Shown here: positions 26,827-36,065 of the stretch, piece after piece | Layout of the letters: every line of letters starts with the position of its first letter | Numbering within the stretch: the stretch's first letter is position 1 | IMG/VR virus record: IMGVR_UViG_3300028412_000009 | Length of the DNA stretch: 64,000 bases | From: a virus | Direction: 5' to 3' (one strand) | Position numbers and translations under genes: made by a program | The notes under the pieces: generated by a model | What the model was told of the DNA's origin: nothing | Databases searched by the model: none | What the model saw: the letters and a program-made list of their open reading frames with translations, nothing else

Positions 26827-29558
26827 TGTCCTCTCTTCACTATGGCCTATCCACGGCAGAAACTCCGCCCAACCTGAAAGCCGCGTCGGCCTCAGTTCTT
26901 GGTCTCTCTTTTGGCGTTTCTGCTGAGGTTGAGTCAGCTCCGGCTTATGTTGTCAGTGCAGAGGACACCAATGGGCTTGAGTTCCGGGTCTATGACCCAA
27001 CGGGATCTACTTTCTTAGGTTCTGTTGCTAAGAGGAGTGTTGCTAAGTGGTCTGATGAGTTGAATGGCAAGGGTTCCGGTACCCTTGAAATTAACCTCAC
27101 TGACCCCGCTGTTCAGGCTAACCCTAAGATCATTGCTGATGACAATATCATCAAGGCCCGTTTTCTTGGGGAAGACAGGTTTGCTTGGAGGGTTAAGAAC
27201 GGAAGCACTACCCTCATCAGTGAAAGAGAGACAGAGGACGATAAGTCCGAGTTGAGTGGGCCCGGAATCCTTTCCGTTCTATCAGAGGGAATTCTTCGCC
27301 CTGAGTACCCAATTTCTGGGGATCCTACACGAGAATCTAGAGAACGTTACTTTGGCTACATGTCGAAGCATGACTCGGTTGAACTTACTAGTACTGTGGG
27401 CTGGATCGAAGAGGTCAATGAATTAACTTCTCCTTTGATTACGCAACTCACTGACTGGGAAATTATTCAAGGCTCTTCCGTGGTGACAAAGTCTCTGGGG
27501 CCCGCTTCGGTGGGGAGCTACTATGAATCTATGGAGTTCACATATAGCTCTTCCGGATCTACCGAAGTTGAATGTCGAGAGGCTTCCTCGGATGACATTT
27601 CTGTGAACCCGGGGGAGGTTCTTTCGGCGGGTCTTCTCTACTCTACCCTGCTAGGTGGGTCAGCTCGGGTAGGCTTGGAGTTTGATTCGGGTGGGTCTGT
27701 GTACGGGGATTGGTCGGTTACAGAAGCCGAATCCTCTTCTAATCTGAGTTTAGAGGGAGCTTTAGCTCCCGAAGGGAGTTCGTCTGCTCGCCTGGTCATT
27801 CAGCTCTCTTCAGATGAGCACGCTGATGGTAATGTTGTTTCCTTAAGTTCTCCAATTGTCAGTAGAACTGAGTCTGCTCTTTCCTTTTTCTCAGGCAATT
27901 CTGACACTACGGCCTCCTATTCACGAGAGTGGACTGGGTCGGAGAATGACTCCACCTCCATTCGATATGAGCGAATGCTGGTCACCTCTGATCGTCAAGC
28001 CAGTTGGTATGACGAAGATGACTGGACCCGAGATTTTGAGGCAATAAGGAAGCAAGACGCCAAAGGAGGGACAGGAGAGAATAGCCCTCCAGATTGGCCC
28101 GACCCCACAGCTTATTTGGTGTGGCCTTCAAAACCAACACGGCCTTCGAACCCAGGCGCTGTTTATTGGAGGAATGAGTTCTATGCCACTGAGCGGATGA
28201 GCGTGTTCGTTCAGGCGGCGGCGGACAACCGAATGCGTGTCTGGCTAGATGGAGCGGAAATTATCACGGCTGGGTTCAACGGCGACGCCACCGAAATCAC
28301 TTCTTCTTGGGATGGGGTGATTTCTGAGGGTACTCATCTTCTCGCCGCAGAGACAACCAACTTTCAAAGCCCCACCCCGGGAGATAACTATGGGTGGTTC
28401 CTTTGCACTGTTATGAAGAAGATCTTGAATAAGCCTGTTGGTGTTGTAACGCATACCGACTCCTCTTGGTATGCCTACTACAAGGGAGACGCTAACGTTC
28501 CTTACAGGGACGAAGTCACTACAGGAACGAAGACAGTCACAACCGAAAAGAAGGTCTCGGTTAAGTACAAGGTACGAAGTGGGGACACTCTAAGTGCTAT
28601 TGGTCGTAAATACGGGGTCCCTTGGCGGAAGATCTATAAAGCCAACAAGAAAAAGATTGATGATCGGGCGGCTCGGAGTGGTCTCCCTAATAATGGCCCT
28701 GGGTGGTGGATCTTCCCCGGACAGATCCTAGTTATCCCCGGAAAGTATAAGACCACAAGCTCAACGGCCTCGGTGCCCTCCACCAGCACTAAGCGTGTCT
28801 GGAGCGCGGGGGAGGCCTTGAGCACCAAGCGTCCCGGTTGGTACCCTCATCAGATTCTGGCCAAGGTTTTCTCTGAGGCGAAGAGTCGGGGAGTGCGCTC
28901 TTTAGCCTCTACCGAGTTGGGGTTCGCTTTCGGCTTTGACTCTGAAGGAGAGTCCTGGCCGACAGGACACGAAGAGGTCGTGGAGCGGTCCTTCCGCATC
29001 GCCTCCAGTGTGTATGAGGTCGCCCAGGAGCTTGTAGAGGGCGGGATTGACATTAGGATGGGCCCCGACCTTGTCTTGAGGGCCTACAACCAGCTCGGAT
29101 CTTATCGAGGTATTGGGGTAGCCAGAGAAGATAGGTTCCACCTTCTAGATGTTGGGAACAGCACTCTCAAGTATAAGATCGGGCGCAGTACTGACCTCTA
29201 CAACTCTCTTTTGATCGACACGGAACTTGGGTGGAGAAACTTTTCTACCCCCAACGGGGATGAGATCGGACTGTCTGAGGGAGGAGCCTCTCTGGGGGGG
29301 ATGAACGCTGATAGGATTGCTCACGCAATTGGAGCCGAGCTTGAAGAGCTCTCTCGAAGGACAAAGACAGTTTCCACTACATTCAGGATTGTTCCCGGAC
29401 GCCTCCCTTATGTCGATTTCGACCTAGGGGATATTGTTGTCGGTCATGATGAACAAGGCAATGTATTCGATGCTAGAATTACAGCAATAGGCATTGAAGA
29501 GAAGAGTGAATATGACATTCGGTGTGAGGTTGAGGCCTCAGGAGAAGGTTTATCATGA
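26826..29558 (+). CDS. Tail-associated (Tal/baseplate hub-like) protein containing a LysM peptidoglycan-binding domain
   Basis: 910 aa. YKVRSGDTLSAIGRKYGVPWRKIYKAN ... GQILVIP is a canonical LysM. Position after the Dit-like gene. Confidence 0.55.
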   Translation: MSSLHYGLSTAETPPNLKAASASVLGLSFGVSAEVESAPAYVVSAEDTNGLEFRVYDPTGSTFLGSVAKRSVAKWSDELNGKGSGTLEINLTDPAVQANPKIIADDNIIKARFLGEDRFAWRVKNGSTTLISERETEDDKSELSGPGILSVLSEGILRPEYPISGDPTRESRERYFGYMSKHDSVELTSTVGWIEEVNELTSPLITQLTDWEIIQGSSVVTKSLGPASVGSYYESMEFTYSSSGSTEVECREASSDDISVNPGEVLSAGLLYSTLLGGSARVGLEFDSGGSVYGDWSVTEAESSSNLSLEGALAPEGSSSARLVIQLSSDEHADGNVVSLSSPIVSRTESALSFFSGNSDTTASYSREWTGSENDSTSIRYERMLVTSDRQASWYDEDDWTRDFEAIRKQDAKGGTGENSPPDWPDPTAYLVWPSKPTRPSNPGAVYWRNEFYATERMSVFVQAAADNRMRVWLDGAEIITAGFNGDATEITSSWDGVISEGTHLLAAETTNFQSPTPGDNYGWFLCTVMKKILNKPVGVVTHTDSSWYAYYKGDANVPYRDEVTTGTKTVTTEKKVSVKYKVRSGDTLSAIGRKYGVPWRKIYKANKKKIDDRAARSGLPNNGPGWWIFPGQILVIPGKYKTTSSTASVPSTSTKRVWSAGEALSTKRPGWYPHQILAKVFSEAKSRGVRSLASTELGFAFGFDSEGESWPTGHEEVVERSFRIASSVYEVAQELVEGGIDIRMGPDLVLRAYNQLGSYRGIGVAREDRFHLLDVGNSTLKYKIGRSTDLYNSLLIDTELGWRNFSTPNGDEIGLSEGGASLGGMNADRIAHAIGAELEELSRRTKTVSTTFRIVPGRLPYVDFDLGDIVVGHDEQGNVFDARITAIGIEEKSEYDIRCEVEASGEGLS

Positions 29559-31114
29559 CAGCTAGAAGACCCCAACAGCCCACAGGAAACAGGTTAATCC
29601 GGGCCCAGCAATCTACTTTCGACGGGACCCTGGGAGGGCGGCTTAGATCCGCTCGTCCTGTGGACCGCCAGGCCCCCGCTGAGCGCCTAAGTACCTCTCA
29701 GAGTGCGGTCGGTGGAGGTCAGATCTATCACTCCGTTAATGTAGGTCGAGTAGGAGAGAACGACTTTCTCATTGACCGTAATGGAATGCCTTGGTGGCCA
29801 ACATTATCCGGATGGACTAGACTCTTCTCCCACTGGGGGAACGCCTATCCTTTAGCAGATAACCCTCCCCCTTGGTTTTCGGGTAACGATCCTATGGTTA
29901 TGTTTGGCCTAGACGTGGCGACAGTGACAGATCCGGATACGGGAGGAATGTCTACCAACTCAACCATGATTGGGTCAGGAGTCCGCATGAGCTCCTATGG
30001 GTCCATAGCGATGGGCCTTGTAGTTGAGGCGATGTGCAACGAAGGGGTGGTGGCCTTAGGAAACACTATTGGGTTGGGAGTAGAGAATCTACAGTCCTTC
30101 GACTCTAAAGGACGTCCCACCGCTACTCCGGGGAGTCGTGCAAATATTGTTGCTATCGGATCAGATCTAAAAGCTCTTAGATCGGTTAATCAAGCCATTC
30201 TGATTGGAGTAGGACACCGTTACGATGCTCTCGATGACTCAGACGCGAGCGATGGTGTCTTTAGTATAGGAATGGCCAACTCTGTGCTAGGAGTTGCGAA
30301 AAATATCTTACAGCTAGGCACGAACAATCAGTTTGATAGTTCTAGTGGTGTCGGGCCTTCTGACCTTACCCAAATTGGAACTTCTAATGAGATTACTCTA
30401 ACTGACAGCGCTATACCTAGAGATGTTCTTATGTTTGGTACGGGAAATACCTTAACCACGCAGGAAGATGACTGGAGAGAGAGCAGTCAAAGTTTTCTGA
30501 TTGGAGTGGCGAACTCTACTGACTCCGGTAACTCTCTTGCTATTGGACTAGACAACAATATATCAAATGCTCATGGGGTTGTTGCTATAGGAACTAATTC
30601 TGACGTCACTGGGGCCCCTCAGTCTGTGGCTCTGGGGTTCAGCGTACTCATTGAAGGAACTTCAGAGTTCTCTGACTATTCTTCAGCGCAGGCTAGCTCA
30701 GCCAACGGGGGAAATGCTGTTGGGTTGGGAACAGCTATTGCTCTCAATAAGTACCAGACCATTGGGATCGGAACGGCCTTAGATCTTTCCGGGATTAAGT
30801 CTCACGTTCTAGGGAATGGTGTGGGGATCACAGGAGAAAGGTCTTGGGTGATTGGCTCCGACGTCTACCCGGCCCAAGACTATCTTCCGGACGGATGGGA
30901 TCCTGTGGACGAGCTCCCTGCCAGCCCCCTGGCCGAGGACGAGTGGGGAGTCTTAGTAGGTCGAAGGGTCGAGATCAAAAGGTCTCCCCATACCATCCCT
31001 GATGTTTCTCCAGTGGGAGACGAGTCTACAGGCATCATTCTTCATTCTCCTGACGGCTCATCCTTTGTTATCACTGTAGATAATGCCGGAACTTTGGCTA
31101 CCACAGCTTTGTAG
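29555..31114 (+). CDS. Tail fibre/receptor-binding protein with Hep_Hag/YadA-head-like repeats
   Basis: Repeated xxIG(V/L/M)xNxxxGxxSxAIG motifs (LIGVGHRYDA, FSIGMANSVLG, FLIGVANSTDSGNSLAIGLDNN, VVAIGTNSDVTG). Confidence 0.5.
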   Translation: MTARRPQQPTGNRLIRAQQSTFDGTLGGRLRSARPVDRQAPAERLSTSQSAVGGGQIYHSVNVGRVGENDFLIDRNGMPWWPTLSGWTRLFSHWGNAYPLADNPPPWFSGNDPMVMFGLDVATVTDPDTGGMSTNSTMIGSGVRMSSYGSIAMGLVVEAMCNEGVVALGNTIGLGVENLQSFDSKGRPTATPGSRANIVAIGSDLKALRSVNQAILIGVGHRYDALDDSDASDGVFSIGMANSVLGVAKNILQLGTNNQFDSSSGVGPSDLTQIGTSNEITLTDSAIPRDVLMFGTGNTLTTQEDDWRESSQSFLIGVANSTDSGNSLAIGLDNNISNAHGVVAIGTNSDVTGAPQSVALGFSVLIEGTSEFSDYSSAQASSANGGNAVGLGTAIALNKYQTIGIGTALDLSGIKSHVLGNGVGITGERSWVIGSDVYPAQDYLPDGWDPVDELPASPLAEDEWGVLVGRRVEIKRSPHTIPDVSPVGDESTGIILHSPDGSSFVITVDNAGTLATTAL

Positions 31115-31122
31115 GAAATCTT

Positions 31123-32286
31123 ATGAAAAATTACCCTTTATACGCTGTTATACCCTGTCACAATGATTGTGAGCTTTCTAATTGGGCAGTAAGAGCTTTA
31201 CTTTTCTCTGAGGCAAAGTTTGAGAAAATTATTGTTGTTGCAGACAGATGTTTTAGCCATGTCAATTCTTGGAAGTATGATGAAGTCTCTGTTATTTTCC
31301 TGGAGGATAATTCCGAAGGAAAGTCCGGAGCCCTGAACAAAGCTTTAACTCTCCTCTCTCTCTCCAGTCCTTCTGGCTTTTACATTCTATTTTGCGATGC
31401 TGATACCGTCATAGATCTTAGTCAGGTTCGGTTTCTACAGTCGGAGATCTCTGCTTCAGGAGTCAAAGCAGTGATGGCTCAAGTCTCGATTCTGAGTTCT
31501 GACAGTCTTCTTGTTGGATTCCAGAGGCTAGAACTACAAAACCAAATTTTGGACCATAAAAGAAATAGCTATCGGTCTGACATAATTACAGGCCAGGCTT
31601 CTATTGTGGACATGACAGAGGGCAGTTACTTTTTTGACAGTGGCTCTCTGGTAGAAGATCAAAGGCTCACCTATCAGCTGAGGGCTGAGTTTGGGGACGC
31701 TTCTTGCTTGGTCTCTCGCCACACGGGAGCAGTTACGGATCCTATGACCTCTTGGAAAGGGTGGTGGGCCCAGCGCCGAAAATGGAACACGGGCTCTCTC
31801 AATGAGGTGCTCGCCCAGCCTTTCTCACTGACCAAGCGTTACTGGCGGCGTCTTTTTAGTACCCTCTTCGACTTGAGTTTGAGGACCTCGGTCCTTCTTG
31901 GGGTCATTCTCTTCCCAAGCTTTTGGTGGGTGGGTCTTCTCCTTGTGGCCGTTGGCATGGTAGTATCAACCCCCTGGGGCTCAGTAAGAGTTCGAAGTGA
32001 CCACAGGCCCGTACTTTTGTGGGAGCTCTACCAATGGGCTTTGTGGGCTAACCTGGGAGCCAGCTTGGTAAAACGAGGACAGCAGGGGTTATGGGAGAAG
32101 CAACGAGAAGCCGAGTCTAGGACGGGACAAAGTAGAGATCTCCTGGCCTCGATTGCGGGCTTGGGTCTGCTCTCCTTTGTTTCCTTGCTCCTGGCCCCTT
32201 TAACTATCCCTGTACTAGTTTTTAGACAGATCAATCGATTAAGGAGAAAACAAGATGAATCTGGACATAAATTTAGAAACAGCTAA
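31123..32286 (+). CDS. Membrane-anchored family 2 glycosyltransferase (processive-type)
   Basis: DAD motif in FCDADTVID. Q-R-R-K-W resembles the QxxRW motif. Three to four C-terminal hydrophobic helices. Confidence 0.55.
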   Translation: MKNYPLYAVIPCHNDCELSNWAVRALLFSEAKFEKIIVVADRCFSHVNSWKYDEVSVIFLEDNSEGKSGALNKALTLLSLSSPSGFYILFCDADTVIDLSQVRFLQSEISASGVKAVMAQVSILSSDSLLVGFQRLELQNQILDHKRNSYRSDIITGQASIVDMTEGSYFFDSGSLVEDQRLTYQLRAEFGDASCLVSRHTGAVTDPMTSWKGWWAQRRKWNTGSLNEVLAQPFSLTKRYWRRLFSTLFDLSLRTSVLLGVILFPSFWWVGLLLVAVGMVVSTPWGSVRVRSDHRPVLLWELYQWALWANLGASLVKRGQQGLWEKQREAESRTGQSRDLLASIAGLGLLSFVSLLLAPLTIPVLVFRQINRLRRKQDESGHKFRNS

Positions 32287-32515
32287 GGCAATTATTGGAG
32301 AACAGCAGATTGCCCTCTCTCTTCTCAATAGAAAACTCTCTACTGCCTATATCCCGAACGAGTTAGGTCAGTTGCTTCATGGGGCCTGCGGGGAAGTTGG
32401 TTTAACCCGATCTGGAGATGAATTTCTAAGGTGTTGCTCTTGCTTCCCTTCTTCTGATCAGGCCGATAGTAACCAAGAAGAGACTCCCGAAAAAGACACT
32501 TCTGATTTGTCCTAG
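32255..32515 (+). CDS. Doubtful ORF containing an instance of the conserved 11-mer
   Basis: 86-aa ORF with no features. ggccgatagta lies at 32461-32471, so this span may be non-coding and regulatory. Confidence 0.2.
   Translation: MNLDINLETAKAIIGEQQIALSLLNRKLSTAYIPNELGQLLHGACGEVGLTRSGDEFLRCCSCFPSSDQADSNQEETPEKDTSDLS
32461..32471 (+). promoter_or_regulatory. Conserved 11-mer GGCCGATAGTA
   Basis: Inside the doubtful ORF 32255-32515 and 90 nt before the ATG at 32561. Confidence 0.25.
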
Positions 32516-32560
32516 TGTCTGTATGGGTCACATTTTTACCGACCTTTAGGAGACAAGGAT

Positions 32561-32896
32561 ATGCAGGGATGGGACACATTTACGGCCTCAATTCCCGCAG
32601 ACCAGGTTTCCTTCGGGGCACTGATCGGTTTTGTAGTGCTCAGTATCTTCCGAGGTTGGCTCGTACCGGGAAACCTTGCCAAAGACAGAATTCGAGATAA
32701 AGACACTCAGATCGAGTTAACCGCTCAGGAAAGAGATGACTGGAAAGCCGCGTACTACTCTAAGTCAGAGGAGTGCACGGAGTTGTCTCGCCAGAACGGA
32801 GAACTCATTGATGGTGGACGAACCACAAAATCTGTCCTTGAGGCCCTTAGAGCTCAAGCTACCCAAGGCCCACATACGGGGGGTCCAGATGTTTAA
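32561..32896 (+). CDS. Small membrane protein with one N-terminal TM helix and a coiled-coil (holin- or i-spanin-like)
   Basis: FGALIGFVVLSIFRGWLV hydrophobic helix followed by a charged helical region. Position after the tail genes. Confidence 0.3.
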   Translation: MQGWDTFTASIPADQVSFGALIGFVVLSIFRGWLVPGNLAKDRIRDKDTQIELTAQERDDWKAAYYSKSEECTELSRQNGELIDGGRTTKSVLEALRAQATQGPHTGGPDV

Positions 32897-33119
32897 GAGC
32901 TTTTTCAACAGAGCTTTACCGACTCACCCCTCCTCCAGTGGTCTCTCTACCGAAGAAAGCCGCGAAGAGGCTAAAAAGGCCTCTCTGTCTTCAGCTACTT
33001 CAGCCCTTCACACTAGGAGTAAGGCTGGCGAGGTCTCCTCTCTGACAAAGGACCTAGCTGAGCTCAAGCTCCAGAATAACTTTGCCAAGATGATCAATTC
33101 TTCAATAAGGAGGACTTAG
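32893..33119 (+). CDS. Hypothetical small Ser-rich protein (the ORF track gives 32736-33119; a start near the 32893 ATG is more likely)
   Basis: The ATG near 32893 is preceded by a G-rich RBS. No lipobox, so not an o-spanin. Confidence 0.25.
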
Positions 33120-33120
33120 T

Positions 33121-33426
33121 ATGACTTGGGTGGAAATCCTCACCAGAGGGGCCGCTCTTTCAGCATTACTGGGAGCGGCCCTTTTTGTGGGGTTCTATTT
33201 CAAGAGATCCCCTTGGGACAGTAACCGGGTAGGTAGATCTCTAATGCTTTTTCTTACTTCTGTAGTGGCAATGCTCCTGGTCAGCACAGTGTCCCTGTTT
33301 ACAGGCGGAGACATCTCTGGGTATGATTACCTCAGACTAGTTACTTATGGAGCTGTCAGCTACTCCATCTGGAATCTATTCTTTACCCTTGTCTCTATTC
33401 AGAACTCTCCCACACCTAAAAGGTAA
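33121..33426 (+). CDS. Holin-like membrane protein with 3 TM helices
   Basis: 101 aa with three hydrophobic helices and a charged C-terminus. Confidence 0.4.
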   Translation: MTWVEILTRGAALSALLGAALFVGFYFKRSPWDSNRVGRSLMLFLTSVVAMLLVSTVSLFTGGDISGYDYLRLVTYGAVSYSIWNLFFTLVSIQNSPTPKR

Positions 33427-33641
33427 AAAACCCTAAATTAGTCGTTTCTCTCGTGATATACTTCTAGCATGAGTGGATTAGATCTGGAGAAGGGTCTCTC
33501 GGAATTCCTTGAAAAAGCGAAAGCATCTTTTCTGGCCGACCCCGGGTATGCGGAAAAGATTGCTCAGCAGGCGGGGGCTCTGCGAGTTAGGCGAGAGCCC
33601 GAGAATGAGGTAGACTAGGCCCTTCAAGACTTGGAGGGTAA

Positions 33642-35327
33642 GTGCCTAAATTTGACGTCCGGGGGCTGACAGACCGCCACCGTGAAGAGCTCGCTTGGAA
33701 GATCCATGAGATGGATGACTTCAATCTTCCCGAGCTAAAGGCGTGGAACTACGAGCTCTGCCGCCAACACAGAAATGGCTGGGAAGAGCCCTATTGGGAC
33801 CCAGATTCTCAGCAGGAGCGCCATCATCTGATCATCACTCGACCCAAACCTGGGTGTCGCAAGTGTGGACTCAGATTTCGCAAGCATCAGCGAGTGGGAG
33901 TGGCCTGGTTATACCTCAAGAAGAGGGCCCTTCTCGCGGACACAATGGGTGCGGGGAAGACCACTACAGTTGGTGGTCTCATCGCCCTCCTCTTGGAAAC
34001 AGGGGAACTACCCCAAAAGGGAAGAGTCATCATTGTGCCTCGGTCCCCGGCATTAATGCAGTGGTACACCGAGCTTCTCAGAATGATGCCTAATCTCAAT
34101 GTGGTGGTGGCGACAGGAACAAAAACTCAGCGTTCTAATCTGTATGTTCAGAGTTGGGATGTTCTTCTTATCGGCCCCGAGATGATTAGAAATGACCAGG
34201 ATGCCTTATCTAGATTCCCTCTAGCCGCCTTGGTAACAGACGACATCGACCCCCTACGAAATGACACCACAGACACTTCCATTTGCTTAGATTCTTTAGG
34301 TAGAAAAGCAGATAGATATGTCATTGTCTCTGGTACTCCTCTTCAAAAGCGCCTCCCTGAGATCTACAACATTCTTGATGGTGTGGGTGGTGAAATGATC
34401 TTTGGATCATTAGATCAGTTCATGAGCCGCTACGTCCGAAGCGAGCTTGTCACTGAGTACAACGTCAAGGACCATCGCCAAGAGACCAAGAGAAAGATCG
34501 TAGGTTATCGAAACCTCAATGACCTGAAAAGGCGTATGGCTCCTCTGGTCCTTCGCCGGACGGCGGCTGACCTGGATGACATCACCCTACCCACTATCAA
34601 CTCTGATGACATCTTCCTCAAGCTCTACCCCTCTCAGCAGAAGCGCTATGACGATCTCAGACGAGAAGTTGTTCGCCTCTTGAAGGAGGGAGGAGAGGAG
34701 ATTGAGAAGCACGTCAACGCCTTGTCCAAGATTCATTATGGAGCCGCGATTTGTGCAGGTCTCGCGGCTCTGGACGGGCCTGAGTTCGACGCCCCTGGAA
34801 CCTCGGTGAAGTTGGACTGGATCATGGAGAAGATCGGGGAAGACGGCGATCTCGGAGAAGAGAAGGTGGTCATCTTTGCTAACCTGAAGAACACCGTTCG
34901 GGCCTTGCAAGACCGCCTTCGCACAGAGGGTATCGGGTTTGTGACCGTGTGGGGTGAGGAGGCCAACAAGTCCAAGCGGGCAGAGTCTCAAGAGCGTTTT
35001 TGGCAGGATCCCAAGTGCCGTGTACTCATTGGAACTCGGGCTATCGAGCAGTCACTTAACCTTCAGGTAGCTCGCCACCTCATCAATGTGGATATGATTC
35101 TCAACCCCGCGAGGATGGAGCAGTTGGCTGGTAGAATCAGAAGAGACGGCTCCGCTTATCAGCACGTTTTCGTTCACAACCTTTTGGCGGCAGATACCCA
35201 AGAACAGAGATATATGGCAATGATTGAGAGAGAAGCCGCCCTCTCTTCTCACGTTTGGGATGAGAACTCTGAGCTATTCAAGGCTCTCAGCCCCCTTGAC
35301 CTTCTACATCTCATTAGTGGAGATTGA
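33642..35327 (+). CDS. SNF2/SF2-family DNA helicase
   Basis: Walker A MGAGKTTTVGG. Helicase motif VI LAGRIRRDG. SNF2-like length and motif spacing. Confidence 0.7.
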   Translation: MPKFDVRGLTDRHREELAWKIHEMDDFNLPELKAWNYELCRQHRNGWEEPYWDPDSQQERHHLIITRPKPGCRKCGLRFRKHQRVGVAWLYLKKRALLADTMGAGKTTTVGGLIALLLETGELPQKGRVIIVPRSPALMQWYTELLRMMPNLNVVVATGTKTQRSNLYVQSWDVLLIGPEMIRNDQDALSRFPLAALVTDDIDPLRNDTTDTSICLDSLGRKADRYVIVSGTPLQKRLPEIYNILDGVGGEMIFGSLDQFMSRYVRSELVTEYNVKDHRQETKRKIVGYRNLNDLKRRMAPLVLRRTAADLDDITLPTINSDDIFLKLYPSQQKRYDDLRREVVRLLKEGGEEIEKHVNALSKIHYGAAICAGLAALDGPEFDAPGTSVKLDWIMEKIGEDGDLGEEKVVIFANLKNTVRALQDRLRTEGIGFVTVWGEEANKSKRAESQERFWQDPKCRVLIGTRAIEQSLNLQVARHLINVDMILNPARMEQLAGRIRRDGSAYQHVFVHNLLAADTQEQRYMAMIEREAALSSHVWDENSELFKALSPLDLLHLISGD

Positions 35328-35328
35328 C

Positions 35329-36063
35329 ATGAACCCACCCTTGAATGACACGCAGAGAAAACTTGTCGAAGATAACATCGACCTAGCCCGTCATCTTGCC
35401 CACACTTCGTGGAGGCGAATGACAGCTGGAGTGGAACTAGACGAAGTCCTCTCTGCCGCCTACCATGGGCTGACTATTGCCGCCCGTAACTACGACCCCA
35501 TGGCCTTTGATAGATCCCAGGAGTCTATTGACAGCGGGGTGGCGTTCTCTTCCTACGCCAGGAGAAGGATTCTAGGGTCAATCCTGGACTGGCAAAGGTC
35601 TCAAGACCATGTCCCTAGAAGACAGCGCAAGGTCTATAAAGAGATTCAGGAACTTGGATACGAGTCGGGCGTGCCTTTAGAGACTATTTCTTCGAAGCTG
35701 GATCTTCCTCTAGAGAAAGTTAAGTCTATCATTTCTCGTGTGGAGAGTTCCCCGGTTTCTTTTGACAACCATATTCCTAATTCAGACGAGAACTCAGGAG
35801 GGGACTTAGGGTTCCAGGTCGAGGACCAGAATGACCTGGAATCTTCTTCGTTGGTTAAGTTGATCTCTAAGACTATGACTGAGGCATGGGAATCTCTTCC
35901 TCATGAGCAAAGATTGATTGTGGCCCTTCGCTACTATGCGGAAATTGACCTCTCTGCTATTGCCAGCCTGCTTGACTCCTCGTTGGAGTCCGTGCGCTCT
36001 TCCCATGCCCTGGCCGTGGAAGCCTTGCACCAAGCCATGCTGTCTGAAGTCTCGGGAGAATAG
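35329..36063 (+). CDS. Phage-encoded sigma-70 family RNA polymerase sigma factor
   Basis: Region 2-like DLARHLAHTSWRR...YHGLTIAARNYDP and region 4-like LPHEQRLIVALRYYAEIDLSAIASLL. Start set at the ATG at 35329, right after the helicase stop. Confidence 0.65.
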   Translation: MNPPLNDTQRKLVEDNIDLARHLAHTSWRRMTAGVELDEVLSAAYHGLTIAARNYDPMAFDRSQESIDSGVAFSSYARRRILGSILDWQRSQDHVPRRQRKVYKEIQELGYESGVPLETISSKLDLPLEKVKSIISRVESSPVSFDNHIPNSDENSGGDLGFQVEDQNDLESSSLVKLISKTMTEAWESLPHEQRLIVALRYYAEIDLSAIASLLDSSLESVRSSHALAVEALHQAMLSEVSGE

Positions 36064-36065
36064 CT

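Noticed and set aside
32736-33119. An embedded o-spanin (Rz1-like) gene overlapping the 1-TM ORF 32561-32896
   Set aside because: No lipobox ([LVI][ASTVI][GAS]C) near the N-terminus. The ORF is more plausibly a separate small gene starting near 32893.
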